A stretch of DNA of 64,000 nt from positions 9,084 through 73,083 of the IMG/VR virus record IMGVR_UViG_3300030503_000573. One strand, written 5' to 3'. Made by a program: the position numbers and the translations under genes. The notes beneath the pieces are model-generated. The model was given only the letters and a program-made list of their open reading frames with translations, was not told the DNA's origin and made no database searches. Origin of the DNA: a virus. This document shows, piece after piece, positions 51,729 to 61,275 of this stretch (the first letter of the stretch is position 1; each line of letters begins with the position of its first letter).

Positions 51729-52976
51729 ATGCCCGACGTCGTCAGCTTCGTGAACCGTGGCCTCGTACCCTGGGAGGCCATCACCACCATGGGCATCTCG
51801 GTCAAGGAGGTCGAGAACCCCATCGGGTTCTTCGGCACCGGGCTCAAGTACGCCATCGCCTCGCTGCTGCGCACCGGCCAACAGGTGACCATCTGGCGTG
51901 GCCTAGAGCGCGCCGACTTCTCCGTCCAGGTCGACCTGGTGCGGGGGAAGGAGTTCTCCTTTGTGTGCATGGCGGTCGACGGTGGCGACCCGTGGCGGCT
52001 CGGCTTCACGACCCTTCTGGGCCAGACCTGGGAGCCGTGGATGGTCTTCCGGGAGCTCTACTCCAACATGCTCGACGAGGGCGGTTCGATGCACTGGGGG
52101 CGGCCGGAGCCGGCCGAGGGCCACACAGTCATCACCGTCAGGGGCACCGAGTTCGCTGACGCCGCTACGCGCCGTGACGAGATTTTCCTCCAGAGCACCC
52201 CGCTGTTCGCGACCTCCATGACGGAGATACACCCGCCCGGGAGGAGCCCCACCGCAGTGTTCTACCGGGGCGTTAAGATTCACAACCTGCAGAACCCAGG
52301 GGTGTTCACCTACAACATCTTGACCAAGATGGAGCTGACCGAGGACCGCACCTTGAAGTGGGTCTACTATGCTGACAGCTGGATAATGAACACCCTGTCC
52401 CAGTGCGAAGACGCTGGGATACTAGAGGCCGCACTGGTCGGTCGCAACGAGAACCTGGAGGCCAAGAACAACTACACCCCCGCCTCTGTGACCGATGCCT
52501 GGGCAGACATCATCATGGACCTGACCGAGCGCCGGGGCCGGGCCAACGTCGCGGTCTGGGCCGTCGTCGCGGCCGAGTCACACCTCCACCGGGCGGCCCG
52601 CGTCAAGGCGGCGCAGCTGACCGCCCAGGAGAAGGCCATGCTCGCCGACACCCTGGGCTTCCTGCGGTCGGTGGGGGTCGACGTCACGGCCCCGGTCGTC
52701 GTCACCGAGAGCCTCGGGCGCGGGGTCACCGGGCTCGCCGTCAGGGGCACCATCTACCTGAGCCGCATCGCCCTCGTCAACGGACCCGACTACCTGGCGG
52801 GCACCATACTGGAGGAGCACCTCCACCTGACCCACGACTTCGAGGACGAGACACGCCCATTCCAAGACTTCCTGATCAACTTCGTGATCCAGCTGCTGCG
52901 CGGGCGGGCGGCCGAGGTTGCCCTGGCCCAGAAGAAGGAGGTCACGGCCCCAGCCGTCGAGCAGTTCCCCTTCTGA
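51729..52976 (+). CDS. GHKL-like ATPase with C-terminal zincin-like motif
   Basis: IGFFGTGLKYAIASLLR, FRELYSNMLDE, ILEEHLHL. Confidence 0.65.
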   Translation: MPDVVSFVNRGLVPWEAITTMGISVKEVENPIGFFGTGLKYAIASLLRTGQQVTIWRGLERADFSVQVDLVRGKEFSFVCMAVDGGDPWRLGFTTLLGQTWEPWMVFRELYSNMLDEGGSMHWGRPEPAEGHTVITVRGTEFADAATRRDEIFLQSTPLFATSMTEIHPPGRSPTAVFYRGVKIHNLQNPGVFTYNILTKMELTEDRTLKWVYYADSWIMNTLSQCEDAGILEAALVGRNENLEAKNNYTPASVTDAWADIIMDLTERRGRANVAVWAVVAAESHLHRAARVKAAQLTAQEKAMLADTLGFLRSVGVDVTAPVVVTESLGRGVTGLAVRGTIYLSRIALVNGPDYLAGTILEEHLHLTHDFEDETRPFQDFLINFVIQLLRGRAAEVALAQKKEVTAPAVEQFPF

Positions 52977-53053
52977 GCCCCACCGCGCAGGAGGAGGCAC
53001 CGTAGGGCTGGCCCGCTGCCACGCAGCTGTAGGTCTGTATGGCGCCGGGGACG

Positions 53054-53089
53054 AAAAAGGCCCGGAGGGCTTCCCCTCCGGGCCTTCTT
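53054..53089. terminator. Intrinsic terminator between convergent early and late blocks
   Basis: 13-bp stem AAGGCCCGGAGGG / CCCTCCGGGCCTT, loop CTTC; T5 tail on minus strand and TTCTT on plus. Confidence 0.85.
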
Positions 53090-53114
53090 GCCGAGCGGCG
53101 ATGTAGGCGTCAGG

Positions 53115-53339
53115 CTAGGCGGGCTCGCCTCCCGCTCCAGCGCCAGCGGCCTGGAGCGCCGCGAGGGCCCCCGCCATCTGGGTGTTGAGCGCGGCCCACT
53201 GGGCGGCGGTCGGGTCGGTTCCGCCCGAGATGACGGCCTGGACCTCGGCGATGAGGGCCTTGACGGAGGCCACGTCACCGAGGATCGAGGGGATCAGCTG
53301 GAGCGCCGCGAGGACGAACTGGAGGGCTGAGGGGCTCAA
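53115..53339 (-). CDS. Small lysis-region protein
   Basis: 74 aa, amphipathic, last late gene before the terminator. Confidence 0.55.
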   Translation of the reverse strand: MSPSALQFVLAALQLIPSILGDVASVKALIAEVQAVISGGTDPTAAQWAALNTQMAGALAALQAAGAGAGGEPA

Positions 53340-53340
53340 G

Positions 53341-53700
53341 TCACTTCACCTTCACGGTTGACGTGTCGGCCTGGAGGGCTGACACGGCGGCCTTGGCCGC
53401 TGCTACGGCCGCCGCGATCTGCGCGGCGGTCCCCTTGGCCGTGACGACGCCCTGCGCGGTGAGCACCGCAGAGGATGCCGCCTGGGCGTCGGTGATCATC
53501 TTGGAGACGACCGCCGGGTTCGAACACAGCGAAGCCCCGGTGGAGCACGCCGGCAGGCCGGCGTAGGTCGTCGCCACCTGGATGGCGCCCGTCAACGCCG
53601 CCTCTGTGGCGTAGAGGGTCTGGGCGGGGTCCGAGCCAGTCATGCTCGCGCACCCCGCCAGCGCCAGGGCGCATGCCCCGGCGGCGAGCGCCGCCCTCAA
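53341..53700 (-). CDS. Lipoprotein (spanin-like candidate)
   Basis: TTG start, ALALAG|C lipobox, Ala-rich helices, located in lysis cassette. Confidence 0.65.
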   Translation of the reverse strand: MRAALAAGACALALAGCASMTGSDPAQTLYATEAALTGAIQVATTYAGLPACSTGASLCSNPAVVSKMITDAQAASSAVLTAQGVVTAKGTAAQIAAAVAAAKAAVSALQADTSTVKVK

Positions 53701-53996
53701 GCGGGCACGCTGATCTTGGCGGCGGTGTACTTGGAGATGGTGGCGTAGGCCGCCGCCTGCACCTCGGCCGCCTTGGCGTCGAGGAAGGCGTTCCACTCTG
53801 GCACCAGCTCGGGCGCGATGGTCGGCGCAGCCGTGTCAACGACGGCGTCAGTGGCCTTCTGGACCAGCTTCTCGCCGTCGGTGATGGCCTCGTTGGCGAT
53901 GCCCGTCTCGGTGCCCGGGGGCAGCGAGTCCAGGAAGCCGGCGAGCTTGGCCTTGATGGCGGCCCAGTCGTCAGCGAGTTCTTGTTGGAGCGGCAC
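53697..53996 (-). CDS. Hypothetical lysis-region protein
   Basis: GTG start after AGGAGG; helical, 99 aa. Confidence 0.55.
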   Translation of the reverse strand: MPLQQELADDWAAIKAKLAGFLDSLPPGTETGIANEAITDGEKLVQKATDAVVDTAAPTIAPELVPEWNAFLDAKAAEVQAAAYATISKYTAAKISVPA

Positions 53997-54040
53997 GGTG
54001 TCCTCCTGTGGGACGGGGCTGGGCTTGGTAGCAGCCGGGC

Positions 54041-54367
54041 TCAGCCCAGGGGCCGGCTGCTGGGCTGGGGGATTATAGGCCTGGAGGCGGCCTGGGCAAG
54101 GGGCCCGGTGGGGTTGTCGGCGATCTCGGCCATCTTTCCCTTGACGGCGACCGGGTCCAGGTTCTGGAGCAGCCACGCGATCACCAGCAGCCCGGCCGAG
54201 GTCGCCCAGGCGGCCTGGCTCGGGGGCACCACCTTGAGGTGGATGAGGATCGGCACGATTGTGGCCACGATGATGCGGGCGTTGGCGGCCACCCAGCTTC
54301 GGAAGAAGCCCGAGGTGACGATGTTGAGGAACGTGGCCCAGAGCCACGCGAAGAACTTCTTGATCAC
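54041..54367 (-). CDS. Holin-like membrane protein
   Basis: Two to three hydrophobic segments; directly after the endolysin. Confidence 0.55.
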   Translation of the reverse strand: MIKKFFAWLWATFLNIVTSGFFRSWVAANARIIVATIVPILIHLKVVPPSQAAWATSAGLLVIAWLLQNLDPVAVKGKMAEIADNPTGPLAQAASRPIIPQPSSRPLG

Positions 54368-54399
54368 AGCGGCACCCTCGTGACGCGGGCCGGTTGGCC

Positions 54400-55113
54400 C
54401 TACTGGTTGTAGAAGACGTGGGCCCACAGCGTGCAGGCCAGCTTGGCGCGGACGGCCCACACCGGAGCGGCAGGCACCCCGCTCGGGGCATAGTACAGCA
54501 CGGTGGTGGGGCCGAACCCGGTGCCGACCCCGGCGTCGCCGCGCCACGCCGGCCCGGGCTCGAAGCTCATCGGCCGCCCGGCGGCCCAGGCGCTCGCGTC
54601 GAGCGTGGCCTGGACGGCGCGCTCCCACACCCCGTCCTCGGCCTGGAACTGAGCCTGCAGCGCGACGGCGCGCGCCATCGCCGCGTCGGCGTCGAAGGCG
54701 ACCTCGACGTACCGGCCGGACACCCAGTCGTCCCAGAAGCCGGAGAAGGCCCACTTGTGGAGCACGGTGCCCGCCATGGAACCGTCACTCTGGTAGTGGA
54801 GCCTCATGCGGTTGAGTATCACGGCCGCGACGGCGGCCTGCCCCTCGGGCGGCTGGTTGGCCCCCTCGTCGGCGACCGCCGTGGCCCACAGCTCGGCGTC
54901 TGTGAGGGTCACCGGGGCGACGGAGACCGGCGGTACAGCCGGGGCGGCCGGCACCACGGCGGCCTGCCCCTCGGGCGGCTGGTTGGCCCCCTCGTCGGCG
55001 ACCGCCGTGGCCCACAGCTCGGCGTCTGTGAGGGTCACCGGGGCGACGGAGACCGGCGGTACAGCCGGGGCGGCCGGCACCACGGGGGCCTCTGGGGCGC
55101 TCTCGTCACTCAT
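54400..55113 (-). CDS. Endolysin, SleB/Hydrolase_2 lytic transglycosylase
   Basis: AVADEGANQPPEGQAAVAAVILNR, AFS, VLYYAP...PVWA...HVFY. Confidence 0.85.
   Translation of the reverse strand: MSDESAPEAPVVPAAPAVPPVSVAPVTLTDAELWATAVADEGANQPPEGQAAVVPAAPAVPPVSVAPVTLTDAELWATAVADEGANQPPEGQAAVAAVILNRMRLHYQSDGSMAGTVLHKWAFSGFWDDWVSGRYVEVAFDADAAMARAVALQAQFQAEDGVWERAVQATLDASAWAAGRPMSFEPGPAWRGDAGVGTGFGPTTVLYYAPSGVPAAPVWAVRAKLACTLWAHVFYNQ
54830..55085. repeat. Perfect 126-bp tandem duplication within the endolysin
   Basis: Identical sequence at period 126 (54830 = 54956); 42-aa repeat in the protein. Confidence 0.95.
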
Positions 55114-55501
55114 GGTCAGTTTCCTGCTTCAGTAGGGTGTCCAGGTCGACGTCTATGCCGTTCCTCAAAAGGAGCCGCACGTAGGAGTGGTTGATCTGCT
55201 GCATCTGGCGGGCCTCGCCGCGCAGCCTCACCACCTCAGCCTCGCGGTCCTTGACCGTCCGCTCTAGCTCTGAGGCGTGGGCAGAAGCGCGCGCAAGCTG
55301 GCTCTGCATCTCCTCCATCAGCAGTCGCAAGGCATCGTTGACCGCCTGCTGAAGCGGCGCACGCGCGGTATGCCGCGCGGCGAACCATCCCGACAGCCCG
55401 GTGATCGAGGCCACGAGGAGGATGACGGAGTACGGCTGGGCATCCAGCTTGAGCGAACCAGACTCCGGCAGCAAGTTGAACAGCAAGTGCAAGAACAACA
55501 T
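55106..55501 (-). CDS. TM plus coiled-coil protein (holin/antiholin-like)
   Basis: N-terminal TM, C-terminal coiled coil ending LLRNGI; upstream of the endolysin. Confidence 0.55.
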   Translation of the reverse strand: MLFLHLLFNLLPESGSLKLDAQPYSVILLVASITGLSGWFAARHTARAPLQQAVNDALRLLMEEMQSQLARASAHASELERTVKDREAEVVRLRGEARQMQQINHSYVRLLLRNGIDVDLDTLLKQETDHE

Positions 55502-55581
55502 TCACGGGACCGCCTCGTTGTGTTGTTGACGGGATAGTGCCCCGCGCTGGATCCGGGAAGCGCACTAGCACCGGCTCTTCT

Positions 55582-56763
55582 CTAGAAGCCCACCGCGACC
55601 ATCATGAATATCTCCATGGTGTCGGTGGCGTCTGAGTTCTGGGCAGCCAGGTCGACGTAGGTGGTCGGCAGCGCCCCGGTCGGGGCCGCGACGAGGGCCG
55701 TGGCCCGGCCAGGGAAACCGCCGGTCTGGCCGGCCGCGACCGCCGCGTTGAAGCCGAGCACGAAGCCACCGTGGACGAAGGGTATCTCGAAGCCCCAGTG
55801 GGCGTTGGGCGAGTAGACGCCGTTGCCCTGGTCCTGGAGCTGGATGGTGCACATGTTGACGATGAGGCCCACCGGCATCTGGACGCCGATGGAGCACCCG
55901 ATGGTGCCCAGGGCCGAGCCAGAGCCAGGGTAGGCGAAGCTCTCAGAGCCCGTGATTACCCACCCGAACATGTCGGGGTTGTAGAAGCCGGGCTGGGCGC
56001 TCGACCCGGTCGGGTTGCCGAAGACGGTGCCCGCCGGGGCGTTGGCGAACATGTTGGCGACGATGACGCCCAGGGCAATCAGCGGGTTGGGGTACGTGCC
56101 GGTCAGGTCGCCGCCGGCCGGGCCACTCGCGCCGCCGGCCCCGCCGCTCTGAATCTCGAAGCTGGTGCCGTCGTAGACGCCTGAGAAGACTGAGCTGCCC
56201 GGCAGCTGGCCAGAGATGGGCGCAGAGCCACCGGGGTTGACGATGGGCACCGTGCCGCTGAGGCCGGCGATGGCCAGCGTCATGCCGCCACCGGCATTCG
56301 CTACTGAGGCCTTCGCGATGCGCAGCGGAGCCCCAACGAGGTTGCTCCAGGCCGCCGGAGCGGGGGTGAGCGAGATGGAGACCGCGTTTGCGGTGCCGGT
56401 GTCCACCGCGTAGTTGCCCGGCTGCTGCTGGACGTAGGGCTCCTGAACCATGTAGGCGGCCTGCCCCGAGGTCCACAGGTTCGCCACGATGGTGCCGACC
56501 GGCCACGGCACGGCGGCCGAGCCCTCCTGTCCCCTCACGACCGTGAGGGTGTCGCCCGAGCGGCCGGTGCAGTAGCAAATCTCATTGACGATGATGCCTG
56601 CCGTCGGCGAGTACAGCGTGATGGCGAACTGCTGGCCAGCCCCGGGGTCAGGGAAGAGGTCACCCGTGCCGGTGGCCACCTGGACGGTGTTGGCTGAGCC
56701 CGAGAGCGCCGAGCCCAGCGTGGTAGTCGCATTGTCGGCGAAGAGGAACTCGTTGGCGGCCAT
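55582..56763 (-). CDS. Tail fibre protein
   Basis: FADNATTTL...EICYCTGRSGDTLTVVRGQEG, YAVDTGTANA, AGGDLTGTYPNP fibre motifs. Confidence 0.8.
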   Translation of the reverse strand: MAANEFLFADNATTTLGSALSGSANTVQVATGTGDLFPDPGAGQQFAITLYSPTAGIIVNEICYCTGRSGDTLTVVRGQEGSAAVPWPVGTIVANLWTSGQAAYMVQEPYVQQQPGNYAVDTGTANAVSISLTPAPAAWSNLVGAPLRIAKASVANAGGGMTLAIAGLSGTVPIVNPGGSAPISGQLPGSSVFSGVYDGTSFEIQSGGAGGASGPAGGDLTGTYPNPLIALGVIVANMFANAPAGTVFGNPTGSSAQPGFYNPDMFGWVITGSESFAYPGSGSALGTIGCSIGVQMPVGLIVNMCTIQLQDQGNGVYSPNAHWGFEIPFVHGGFVLGFNAAVAAGQTGGFPGRATALVAAPTGALPTTYVDLAAQNSDATDTMEIFMMVAVGF

Positions 56764-56778
56764 AAGACCCTTCCTGGG

Positions 56779-57765
56779 CTAGGAGACGGTGACGCCCCAG
56801 TCGATGGAGAACGGCAGGTTCAGTATGCCCGCGTCCACGCCGATCTCCAGTATGATCGAGACCGGGTTGGAGGCTGGAACCGTGATCGTGGCCTCACGCG
56901 GGGCGGTGAAGGTGACCGAGACGTCGGGGGTGCTCTCGATCAGCAGCGGGGCCCCGTTGACCCCCAGCAGGAAGCGCTCGACCCGGCGCTTGAGCCACGG
57001 CACCGAGAACTGGAAGCCATCCCCCTTGAAGAACTGCCAGGTGAGGCACCGCTTGTAGATGTCGTCGGTCGTCGGGCGCAGCCCAGAGGCGGTGCCGATG
57101 GTCGCGCCGTTGAACGGTAGTGTGTTGAACGGCGCGGTGTTGAACGGCCCGGTCGAGGCGGTGCCCACGAACGGCAGCGCCGGCCGGGGGAACCCATACA
57201 GGTTGGAGCCCACCCAGTCCAGCAGCAGCCCCGAGATGTTGGGCTGCGTGTACACCGGCAGGTTCAGGTCGTTGAGGTAGTCGACGTAGGCCTGCGTGTA
57301 GGCGTTGTACGCCGAGACCATGGCCAGCAGGGCCTCGTCCCAGGCGTACTCCTCGTACAGGTAGCTCGGTATGGTCTTGGTGATCGTCGTCGGGCCGGGA
57401 GGCGGGAAGACGACCTCGTAGGCCAGCGTGGCCAGGCTCGCCCCGGCGACGGCGGCGGTGCCCTGGATGGTGCCCACCGAGAGCCCAGACGGGGCCTCGG
57501 AGACACCCGAGACGGTGGCGGTGCCCTGGATGGCCCCCTGCCCGACGAAGGTGGGCGCGAGCACGACGACCGAACGGAACAGGCCAGAGACGTCGAGTGT
57601 GCCGGGGGCCCCAGCAACGGAGGCACGAGACAGGCCAGAGACGTCGAGGGTTCCCTCACCCCCGATGACGGCTGCCCTGGACAGCCCTGCTACGTCGAGG
57701 TCGCCCGTCTCGCCAACAACGGCGGCGCGGCTCAGGCCTCCAACGTCAAGGTTGGGCCCTGCCAC
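56779..57765 (-). CDS. Baseplate wedge/tail-fibre attachment protein with N-terminal 17-aa repeats
   Basis: C-half LPVYT...LLDWVG..LYG..RP...DDIYKR..TW; N-terminal LDVxGLxR repeats. Confidence 0.7.
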   Translation of the reverse strand: MAGPNLDVGGLSRAAVVGETGDLDVAGLSRAAVIGGEGTLDVSGLSRASVAGAPGTLDVSGLFRSVVVLAPTFVGQGAIQGTATVSGVSEAPSGLSVGTIQGTAAVAGASLATLAYEVVFPPPGPTTITKTIPSYLYEEYAWDEALLAMVSAYNAYTQAYVDYLNDLNLPVYTQPNISGLLLDWVGSNLYGFPRPALPFVGTASTGPFNTAPFNTLPFNGATIGTASGLRPTTDDIYKRCLTWQFFKGDGFQFSVPWLKRRVERFLLGVNGAPLLIESTPDVSVTFTAPREATITVPASNPVSIILEIGVDAGILNLPFSIDWGVTVS

Positions 57766-57768
57766 GGG

Positions 57769-59289
57769 CTAGCTCGCGATGTCGTAGCCGTGGTCGGCTG
57801 CATTGAGGCCGCTGGTGGTCCAGGCGGCGCTCGTGTTGGGGTCAACCAGGAAGGTCGAGTAGTAGGTGGTGTTGACGTTGCCGCCGGCCGCGAAGCCGTC
57901 GTCAGAGCCGGTCGACGTCGTCTCACCCGAGGTCGTGGTGATGTTGAAGGTGCGGACGCCGGAGGTGTCGATGCCTGCCGAGCAGCCCAACACCACGGCG
58001 TCAACTTCCGTCGCCCAGCTCGGCAGCGGCGGGAAGGAAAGGCTGTCTGCGTGGCCTACCGTGGCGCTCTGGTTGAAGGCATAGGTGCCGTCGGCCGGGT
58101 TGCTGTCCAGCTGCTGGTAGTTGTCCCCAGAGCTGACGATGGGGGCCCAGAAGGCGAAGTCAGGCGACCCGAAGGTCATCGTCGGGGCAGAGGACGGCGG
58201 GGTCGACGAGTAGCTGACCGACGCCTCACCAGAGGTGCCCACGGTCGTATCGATGTTGGTGGCTGGCTGCCAGGAGGCGGAGGCCAGGAAGCCGATCCAG
58301 TACTTCGTGCCGGCCGTCACCATCAGGCCCGAGGTCAGCGGCACCGCGTTGATGGCCGGGTTGAGGGTGCTGAAGGCCGGTCCGTACTCCAGCAGAGTGG
58401 CCGGCGCATTGCTGCCGTTGTCGGAGTAGATGCACGGCACGACGTCGGCACCCGAGGCCGTGGTCATGTCCACATAGACATCCGAGATGGTGCCCGGGCA
58501 CGGAGCGACGACCTGCCGCAGGTACAGTATGTTGCCACCCTGCGCGGCCAGGGAGTTGTTGATGGGCGCGGGGAAGCCAGCGATCTGCATGGGAACGAAC
58601 TGCTTGGAGACGTCGCCAGACGGGAACTGGTCGATGACGACGCGGCCGGGCAGCGGGGTGTCGGTCGTAGTTGTGCTTGGCAGGTAGCAGGCCTGGACCA
58701 TGTGGTCGAAGACGGGCGCGGTCGTCGAGCCAGCAATCTGGCCGACAGAGAATTCCCCGCACAGGTTTCCTGCCTGGGGCGACGTGTTGACCCCAGTCTG
58801 GGTCAGCGCAGCGTCCTCGACGCCGTTGAACGAGAACGAGAAGGCCCCGGTGCTTGAGTTGAAGACAATCTTGTAGCCAATTGCGTTGGTGGTCCCGAAG
58901 GAGTAGACGTCGTCGCTGGCCCACACCGTCGAGCCGTTGTCGACATAGAAGTGGCCGCCAGAGAAGCCGAGGTAGAGCTGGAGGTCACCGCCATAGAGGA
59001 AGCCCATCAGGCCGCCCGAGCCGCTCGGCAGGTTCAGGTAGAGCGTCCCCATGATGGTGGAGTAGCTCCCGGGGAGCACCTTGCTCAGCGTCGTGCCATA
59101 GATGGAGAGCGCACCAGAGCCGGCCCCGGCGAGGGGAGCCACAATTGCGTTGCTGCCACCCCCGAAGCCAGCCGCCGTCCAGTTGCCGTTGAGCAGGTTG
59201 TCAAACAGGCCTGAGCCCGAGGCACCAATGGCACCCGAGGTGCCGAAGCCCTCGGTCCAGAAGTAGTCTGGGTTGGTGTAGCCAGCCAA
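57769..59289 (-). CDS. Virion fibre/receptor-binding-like protein
   Basis: TTG start after AGGAGG; beta-rich; C-terminal DPNTSAAWT motif. Confidence 0.6.
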   Translation of the reverse strand: MAGYTNPDYFWTEGFGTSGAIGASGSGLFDNLLNGNWTAAGFGGGSNAIVAPLAGAGSGALSIYGTTLSKVLPGSYSTIMGTLYLNLPSGSGGLMGFLYGGDLQLYLGFSGGHFYVDNGSTVWASDDVYSFGTTNAIGYKIVFNSSTGAFSFSFNGVEDAALTQTGVNTSPQAGNLCGEFSVGQIAGSTTAPVFDHMVQACYLPSTTTTDTPLPGRVVIDQFPSGDVSKQFVPMQIAGFPAPINNSLAAQGGNILYLRQVVAPCPGTISDVYVDMTTASGADVVPCIYSDNGSNAPATLLEYGPAFSTLNPAINAVPLTSGLMVTAGTKYWIGFLASASWQPATNIDTTVGTSGEASVSYSSTPPSSAPTMTFGSPDFAFWAPIVSSGDNYQQLDSNPADGTYAFNQSATVGHADSLSFPPLPSWATEVDAVVLGCSAGIDTSGVRTFNITTTSGETTSTGSDDGFAAGGNVNTTYYSTFLVDPNTSAAWTTSGLNAADHGYDIAS

Positions 59290-59299
59290 GCGCGGCCTC

Positions 59300-60787
59300 C
59301 TAAAGCTCGGTGACGGTGACGCCGTTGGCGGCGCAGAACAGCAGGCTCTCGGGGTCGCCGTAGACCAGCTGAGTGCCGCCCTCGGGCGCGACCTCGACAC
59401 CGTCGATGGTGATTGTGAACTCCACCTGGCTCAGGTACTGCGTCGGCAGCGCCGAGGCGACGGCAGCAGAGAAGGCCTGCTGGGCCTGGATGAGGTTGAT
59501 CGGCTGGCCGACCACGATGGCGTTGATGTAGGCGGCGACAGCCGGGCCGCCGAGGTTCTGCACAGCCGTGGAGGAGACCACATTGGGGCTGTCGGTTGCC
59601 CAGCCCACCTGGACCTGGACCGTCGAGGTCGGCGGCACCACGAACAGCACCTCGTAGGTGTCTGGAGGGTCGATGACCGTGATGGACTGGTTGCGAGGGT
59701 TGGGGGTGACTGAGCCACCGCCGGTGTACGCCCCGCTCGACGTCGTGTTGACCCCGAACGAGAACTGGGTGGGGCTGATCACGGTGACCGTGTACGGGCC
59801 GCCGTTGACCCCCGTCATGCCGGTGACGCCGGTGATGTTGATGCCAGTCTGCCCGGTCGTGAACCCATGATACAGGTCGGTGGTCACCACGCCGGGGTTG
59901 GCGTTAGTGACGCCCGAGATACCTATGACCGAGGGCTGAAGTATCGAGATGTCAGAGCAGCCCTGATAGATCGCCCCAGCTACCTGGTAGGGGTCGCCCC
60001 CGCCGACGATCACCTCCCAACCGGCCGAGACCTGGCGCACCGAGACGGCGCGCTGGGTGACCCCGGGGACCGCCCAGAGTTGGGCCTTGAGGAAGGCCTG
60101 CGCGCCCTGGGCCGTCGCGAGGCCGGCGTTGATCACCTGGGCCTGGTAGGCCTCCGTCGTCTGGGGCCCCGGGCTCGGCGTGCCGCTCAGCGGGTTGTTG
60201 ACCGTGATCTCGTTGGTGTACGGGGCCGGTATCGAGGTCACGATGCGGGTGACCTGGTTCGGCTGCGGCGTCCAGATGCCCTGGACCGTTGCCACCGCGT
60301 ACAGGGGGGCTGTCGAACCGCCCGAGCCGATGTCACCACCGTCCTGGACCACGTACTGGTAGGTGCCGTCGGTCACCGTCATGCCCGGGGGGATGAAGTA
60401 CCCGACCGGGCCCGAGAAGATGACGAAGACGCTGGTGTTGCTCTGGGTGCCGACCGGCACACCATACAGCTGCCCGAGCTGGTACAGCAGCCACGGGTTG
60501 GCGCTCATCGGCGAGAGCGAGTTGATCAGCTCGACGACGGCGCTGTCACACAGCGTGACCGCCCCGATGTCGGTGGACAGGATGTCCTCGATCAGCAGCC
60601 CAGGCAGCACCGTGTAGCCCGGGGCGGTGGCGACGCTCAGCAGGGTGTACACCGGCGGGGAGAGCGTGAACTGAGGGAACCCGGAGCTCAGGTAGGTGAC
60701 GAGGCTCTGCCAGATGACGGCCGGCGGCGTCGGCACCGCACCTGTGGTGCCGATGGTGACGTTGAGCGAGATGGTGGGAGTGGTCAA
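59300..60787 (-). CDS. Baseplate J-like protein
   Basis: LPGLLIEDI...PMSAN..LL.QLG, Y.AQV, VPGV...GGGDPYQVAGAIY. Confidence 0.85.
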   Translation of the reverse strand: MTTPTISLNVTIGTTGAVPTPPAVIWQSLVTYLSSGFPQFTLSPPVYTLLSVATAPGYTVLPGLLIEDILSTDIGAVTLCDSAVVELINSLSPMSANPWLLYQLGQLYGVPVGTQSNTSVFVIFSGPVGYFIPPGMTVTDGTYQYVVQDGGDIGSGGSTAPLYAVATVQGIWTPQPNQVTRIVTSIPAPYTNEITVNNPLSGTPSPGPQTTEAYQAQVINAGLATAQGAQAFLKAQLWAVPGVTQRAVSVRQVSAGWEVIVGGGDPYQVAGAIYQGCSDISILQPSVIGISGVTNANPGVVTTDLYHGFTTGQTGINITGVTGMTGVNGGPYTVTVISPTQFSFGVNTTSSGAYTGGGSVTPNPRNQSITVIDPPDTYEVLFVVPPTSTVQVQVGWATDSPNVVSSTAVQNLGGPAVAAYINAIVVGQPINLIQAQQAFSAAVASALPTQYLSQVEFTITIDGVEVAPEGGTQLVYGDPESLLFCAANGVTVTEL

Positions 60788-60796
60788 GCGCTGCCC

Positions 60797-61189
60797 CTAC
60801 GTCGGCACGACGGGGGCGTTGGCCTCAAGGTAGAGGCTGCGGCCCGAGTACAGGGTGACGTTGATCGCATATGTCGGCTCGGGCGCTCCGGCTAGGCGGG
60901 CCACCCTGAGGGCGGCGAAGTAGGGGGCGAACCTCTGGGCGGTTAGCTGGACGAAGGCGTCTGGGGCGACCTGGCTCACGACGCTCTGGTGCGCCGGGAT
61001 GCCCCAGTTGCCGTAGAAGGGGCTCTCGCCGTAGTTGAGCCTCAGCACCTGGACCAGGTTTGTGAGCCACACAGCCGAGTTGTCGCCGGTGTCATCAGTC
61101 ACCGCCGGGACCCACAAGAAGCGGGGGTTCTCGGGCGAGTAGGGCTGCGTGGGGTCGGGGCCTGGTATGCGGCCCCAGGCGCGCATCAT
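60797..61189 (-). CDS. Baseplate wedge/sheath initiator protein
   Basis: WLTNLVQVLRLNYGESPFYGNWGIPA; adjacent to baseplate J. Confidence 0.7.
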   Translation of the reverse strand: MMRAWGRIPGPDPTQPYSPENPRFLWVPAVTDDTGDNSAVWLTNLVQVLRLNYGESPFYGNWGIPAHQSVVSQVAPDAFVQLTAQRFAPYFAALRVARLAGAPEPTYAINVTLYSGRSLYLEANAPVVPT

Positions 61190-61275
61190 GTGCTACCCGG
61201 CTCCGTAGGTGGCACAGACGAGAGCCATGAGGAAGATGGCCGTGCCGAGGGCTTCTAGGGCGTTCATGGGTGCAC

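Noticed and set aside
54830-55085. Possible CRISPR array or attachment-site repeat
   Set aside because: Two adjacent identical 126-bp units with no spacers, in frame within a gene.
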